Part shown: positions 59,162 to 64,000 of the stretch, in pieces
Layout: each line of letters begins with the position of its first letter
Numbering within the stretch: position 1 is the stretch's first letter
Assembly: GCA_030295235.1 (NCBI GenBank)
Contig: AP026167.1
Location: 620,001-684,000, forward strand
Origin: Fistulifera solaris
Taxonomy: Eukaryota
Length of the DNA stretch: 64,000 bases
Direction of reading: 5' to 3'
Made by a program: the position numbers and the translations under genes
Notes under the pieces: model-generated
What the model saw: only the letters and a program-made list of their open reading frames with translations
The model's database searches: none
Told to the model about the DNA's origin: nothing

Positions 59162-60117
59162 GGTTGTCTTAAATTTGCTGTGTTCTCGTTGACACGCAAG
59201 ATAATGCGGCCTGTAGAAACTTTGAAGAACAAAGAAAGATTGCGGAGGCACGGTTGCGGTTGGTTTGCAGCTGCAGCCTCATCTTCTTGACGGGTATAGC
59301 TACAGACGCCGCCCATTTGCGATAATGCTTCATTCATTAGAGATAGGGAACATTTTTTGTTTTTTTATGGAGGAGGTGGAGTAGAAAAGCAAAAACGCTA
59401 CCACTCTTCTCATTAGTAGATAGTAACAAAAACACCGCACGGATGAACGGACGATGGTTTTTTCCACCTACATGGGCGATTTCGATCGAAATCGGAATGG
59501 GCCTTAGTTATTATGGGCGCTTCTTGGGAAGAAAAATTCAACTTATAACAAGAGTAAGAAAACGCCGAAGCAATGACGTCAACTTATCAAATCTGATAGT
59601 TTTATTGTAGTCATCGTCTTATATGTGCTTCTAAAACCAGCCTCAAGGAAAGTTCTCCCGCGAAACGTGCAGTGTCCAAAAAAAGTCGGAAGGGCGCGGC
59701 TTGTCCGTTCTTAAGGAATATACGTCAGATTGTACTATTGGGTTCTAAGAGCTCCGCATTTTCGTCTAAATACTTTATGCGGGTGCGCAAACGGAATTAG
59801 ATGCTAAGCCGCCCCGCGTGCCAACGGTTGGGATGGAGACCAAAAATAGACAGAAACTTCATAATGTCCATCAAAAAACACCGATCCGACTCGTCCGAAA
59901 AAGGCTAGGAAGCATGCGAGACTCCCACAGCTTTAGAAACAACATCGACTGCCATGCCTTTCGAACGCCAACCAAGTATCATTTTTATTTCTCGACTTAC
60001 TCTGAAAGTTTTGAGGCATTGAAGAGAAAGCCGACGCGCCGGCTCTTCAGTTTGTATCTGTTTCCCTCTCGATCAATCCTTCTATTACACACTACACATT
60101 CATAACTTGTACGAACG

Positions 60118-62039
60118 ATGCGATCCATTCCCAAAATTCTCAGCTGTGTGGCTCTCACATGGATGATGATGTCCGCCAATGCTACTTCCCATGGACGGTT
60201 TTCTCGATCACGACGACTAGAAGGTTACGTGAATGTAGTGATCACATTAAAGGAAGAAACATCGGTGCAGGAATTCATCGAGCGCCTTTCTTTCTTTGGT
60301 GCGACTCTCACAGTAACCTTTCGCCGTACTCATGCATTGGCGGTAACAATGCCCGAAGAGTTAGTTGGCTTATTAGAGCTAGACTCTCAAGTTAAATCGC
60401 TTGAGGATGATGCGCCTTTTACGTCTTTCTCAGAGACGATTCCTTGGGGTGTTACTTCGATTCAGGGTCATGATTCTTCGATTCCCCCCTCCCGTGAATA
60501 CGGGAAGTTGCTTCGGCATTTGTGTCATTGATACTGGACTACAGGTGTCACATCCTGATATTGTACGTACATTCGCTGCGTTTCTTCCACTACTCGTAAG
60601 ATCTTCTCACGCGCCTCTTTTCTTCCCTCCAGCCTTTCACTGTAGGACAGCCAAACATTCAAGGGGCTGAGTTTAATCTGAATCCGGAAGAACGATGGTA
60701 CCGACCCGCTCCAGCTGCTTTGCACGGAACACACGTCGCGGTACGTCGACCGAACAGAAACATAAAACGCATGGTAATTTCTACGAATATCTCACATTTT
60801 GATTTTGTTGGACAGGGTACTATTATCGCACAGATGAACAACAATATGGGTGTAGCCGGAATCATTGAAGACCCTGCCAACTATTGCTTACTCATCGCTC
60901 GCGTCTTTCCGGACTATGGAGATGTCACTGATGAGTCCATGGTTGATGCCGCTCTCGAATGGTGTGTCGACAGCGGCGCCAAAGTCATCAATTTGAGTCT
61001 AGGTGGACCTAGATCGAACGAAAACAGTAGAGCGATCTACAACTCGATTGTTGAGGAAGGCACACTCGTCGTGGCTTCTTCGGGGAACCGGGCGGGCGGT
61101 ACTTACATATATCCTGCTAGCTACGATAGTGTTCTCAGTGTAAGTGCGGTGGATCGGAATCTAGACCGACCAGTCTTTTCCGTCTACAATGATCAGGTTG
61201 ACGTGTGTGCTCCCGGGGTCGATGTCTTATCGACGGTGCCCAAAACGATTGTTTACGACGACCAAGGTGGGGTCTATGAAGCCGAAATGTTGCATTTTTC
61301 TTCCATGCCAGATGCAGACACTCTGCAAGCACCCTTGGTCGTTTGTTCGGTGGATGACTGTGGAGATGCTACTGGCCGTGTCTGTCTCATGGAACGAGGA
61401 CAAAACAGCTTTTTGGACAAGGCTATCGAATGCCAGTCTTCTGGTGGTGTAGCACTCATCCTTTATAATTTCGATGATTCTTTGTTTAGTGGAACTCTTG
61501 GCGAGGCGAACGCTGTCAGTATCCCCGTCATGAGCATTCCTAGAGCTCAAGGACTCATTTTGACCGGTCGATCATCTGTTGCAATTGAGTTTCAGAATGG
61601 CGGCTATAAATCACTCTCTGGAACGTCAATGGCCAGTCCGCATGTCGTCGGAGTGGCAGCTAAGATTTGGGCAGCGCGCCCGGATTGTTCCAACTTACAA
61701 GTTCGAGAAGCGCTCGAAGCAACAGCCTTAGACTTGGGATCCCGTGGAAAGGACATTTTCTATGGGCATGGTTTGGTACAGGCCGCTGACGCGTACGAGT
61801 ACTTGCTGACATTGCCAGCACCGTGTGGCTTGGGGGTTGGAGACAATACAGACACGACCGGAGGTGGGGCTCCAGACAGTACTAACTTTGTTTACGACCA
61901 GTTGAATGGTTCGCCGCCAAAGAAGGTGGTCGAAGAGATCCTAATAGAAGGTGCCAGCAAGATGGCTCCCGATGACTCGGCACGCGGTGGTCTCACCCGT
62001 CGACGCATGTTGAAAGGAACGAGTGCAAGCAGCATGTAA
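60118..62039 (+). CDS. Secreted subtilisin (S8) with I9-like prodomain and PA insert; introns 60563-60632 and 60741-60815; frameshift near 60490
   Basis: Catalytic VIDTG, HGTHVA|G and GTSMASPHV. Oxyanion SSGN and PA-type CLMERG. Confidence 0.92.
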
Positions 62040-62153
62040 ATTCGTTCATCAATCATCTATGCCGCTTCTACAATTGCACCGAGATGGCATACGCCCATTA
62101 TTGTAAAATAAGATTCCCAAAATCACGGACCGAATGAAAATCTTGCATCTAGC

Positions 62154-63908
62154 TTATTTTAGATCTACAGGTAAACCCATTTTATCCAGACGATCTTCCA
62201 ATGCTGTCTTCTGCTTCAACCCGTATTTGCGTTCGTCCCCTGGAAGGACCTTGCCCAACGTGCTGCCTTCCGCCCGGGCTAAATCCTCCGCATCGAGACC
62301 CTGCTTAATAATTTGCTTTTCTAGTGCAGCAATCGTACGCTTCAGCAATCGCTTTTCATTTCTCCTGTGCCGAATAGCCATTCTTTGATTGTATGACAGA
62401 AGTCGGAACAGACTTTTGTCTTTGATCAAAGCATTGTCTTCCTCCTCCGTTTGCGGATACTTTTTGAGCTGTCTCGTCACAGCTTCGATGACCGATGTCA
62501 GCACCGCTGCTTCGTTGCCGGGAGAAATAGTTCTTGAGTAATCAAATGCATTCAGCGGCTTGCCGCGAGTATCATCGGGTGTCATCTGCATCAGTCTCAG
62601 ATATTCAAGCATTTCGGTCGGATAACGATCCGCGTAGCACGGAAAGTCTACAGTATTGGCCCGACCTACGGATTCCAGAAATTGCAACTTTTCTTCAGCC
62701 AAAGGATCTACCGGAATGTTTTCATCGTTCAACTCTTTGATAAACGAGGTTGTTCGAGGTGCAATGGAAACGGTGACATCGACGGAATTGAATGGATTAC
62801 GCTCGACGGCAAATCCATACAACAATAGCAGTTCAGCGTTGGACTTAGGACCGTAGGAAATATAAATCTGTTCCATTCTACGGTACCCCCGGTCCGCATA
62901 CAAGATGACTTCTTCGTCGCCATTCTTAAATAGCCAATCTCCGCTTTGACGGGCGTCGATGTACGCTTGTGAAAAGGGAGAATGATTGATCAAGTCGGCA
63001 TAAGGAACCAACGCTAAGGTTTCTCCCTGACTCAAGTTCCGCAGACGAATGGCCCTCGAGAAGAGCATGGTAAAGGCCCACGTCCAGTTTTCCAAAGTAA
63101 AATGCTCTTTAGGAAATCTTTCCGGAAATTTAGCTACCAAGCCGTTGTCACCTCCCAATAAAGCGTCGTATTCTCGTTTCAATTTCATTTGCAGGCTCTT
63201 CGTAGCAGCAATCACGGGCGATCCTTCTAAGAAAGCCAAATCGTCCTCACTCCAAGTAAAGGTAGGTGATACTTCATTCACTGTGGGCAATACATCGAGA
63301 TACGGCTTCCAGTACGACTGGTCGGCCATGACAAACTTTTCGAAAATCAAATGACACGCAATCGCCAGATATTCATTGATTTCACTCGGCAGCGCATCCT
63401 TCCCGAGTGCTTTGCGGGCATTCGCTTTCGTCATGCACATTTTCATAGGAATTTTCAACAATTCATCACCGTCATTAATGTCACGACGCGCCAAGAGTCC
63501 TCGACCCGATGACTCGTTCGTGATTTCATCTTTCGTGTCGGTACTGATCGCCATGGGATGGGGCGCTTCTCCCCACGATGACTGCTCCGACAAATACACA
63601 TCGCCTTCTTTTGAGAGCCACTGAACAAGATTCGCATTCGCACTGAGTTTGACGTCTCCTTGGCTTCCACCTTTCATGAGTCCTTTCATTTTCATTTCTT
63701 TTTCAAATGTGTCGATCGCTTCAAAACCACCCGTGTTCTCTCGCAAAGCTTTCGCCCATTCACTTTCGGAACCATCTCCTCCGGCCATGCTTATGCAAGT
63801 CGTCTTTAGTGAACGAACGACGGGACGAGAAAAGGCATTAACGAACAAACATGTTGTTGTTGAGGAAATTACAAGACATGTTGTGAGAAATGGACTGGGA
63901 TTCTTCAT
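62154..63908 (-). CDS. LSMT: Plastid SET-domain lysine methyltransferase (Rubisco LSMT family)
   Basis: VNA-F leader, GRGLLA, FSRA, LVPYADLINHS and ISYGPKSNAELLLLYGF. Confidence 0.92.
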   Translation of the reverse strand: MKNPSPFLTTCLVISSTTTCLFVNAFSRPVVRSLKTTCISMAGGDGSESEWAKALRENTGGFEAIDTFEKEMKMKGLMKGGSQGDVKLSANANLVQWLSKEGDVYLSEQSSWGEAPHPMAISTDTKDEITNESSGRGLLARRDINDGDELLKIPMKMCMTKANARKALGKDALPSEINEYLAIACHLIFEKFVMADQSYWKPYLDVLPTVNEVSPTFTWSEDDLAFLEGSPVIAATKSLQMKLKREYDALLGGDNGLVAKFPERFPKEHFTLENWTWAFTMLFSRAIRLRNLSQGETLALVPYADLINHSPFSQAYIDARQSGDWLFKNGDEEVILYADRGYRRMEQIYISYGPKSNAELLLLYGFAVERNPFNSVDVTVSIAPRTTSFIKELNDENIPVDPLAEEKLQFLESVGRANTVDFPCYADRYPTEMLEYLRLMQMTPDDTRGKPLNAFDYSRTISPGNEAAVLTSVIEAVTRQLKKYPQTEEEDNALIKDKSLFRLLSYNQRMAIRHRRNEKRLLKRTIAALEKQIIKQGLDAEDLARAEGSTLGKVLPGDERKYGLKQKTALEDRLDKMGLPVDLK

Positions 63909-64000
63909 CGCTGTTGGTTCTCCACAAATGTCAATCGTTTGCGGTTATTTTTCGGCGAAATGGGGGGTCAAAGGAGTGATACCTTCTGCTTGCTTTGTTC

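Noticed and set aside
4240..60495. Programmed ribosomal frameshifting or RNA editing as the cause of the broken ORFs
   Set aside because: Shifts go in both directions, occur in runs of any base and share no slippery or stop-codon context. Sequencing error is simpler.

Overview
Gene-dense eukaryotic nuclear DNA, most likely from a diatom. Support: short GT-AG introns of about 50-200 nt, and bipartite signal + (A)F plastid-targeting leaders on nuclear petC, Rubisco LSMT and an SDR. About 32 protein-coding genes can be supported. They include an extended cycloartenol-type oxidosqualene cyclase, a cNMP phosphodiesterase, a two-pore channel, RPS27, a MED15-like KIX protein, RPAC1, petC, eIF2B-gamma, ALG11, an AMT1 ammonium transporter, cytochrome c, WDR76, CSN3, a vacuolar sorting receptor, two paralogous Na+/solute symporters flanking DBP4, SURF6, a subtilisin and LSMT. 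Many conserved genes are broken by single-base indels, mostly in homopolymer runs, which most likely reflects assembly error. I saw no rRNA, tRNA, CRISPR or transposase. The most notable unexplained signals are: two strongly over-represented intergenic motifs (TACCWGGTA and TCAGTCATGA, the latter also in a shared 19-bp hairpin); a decayed ~220-bp triple repeat with a hairpin core; patchy near-identity between the symporter paralogs; and several unusual domain architectures. All calls come from reading the sequence by eye; no searches were run.
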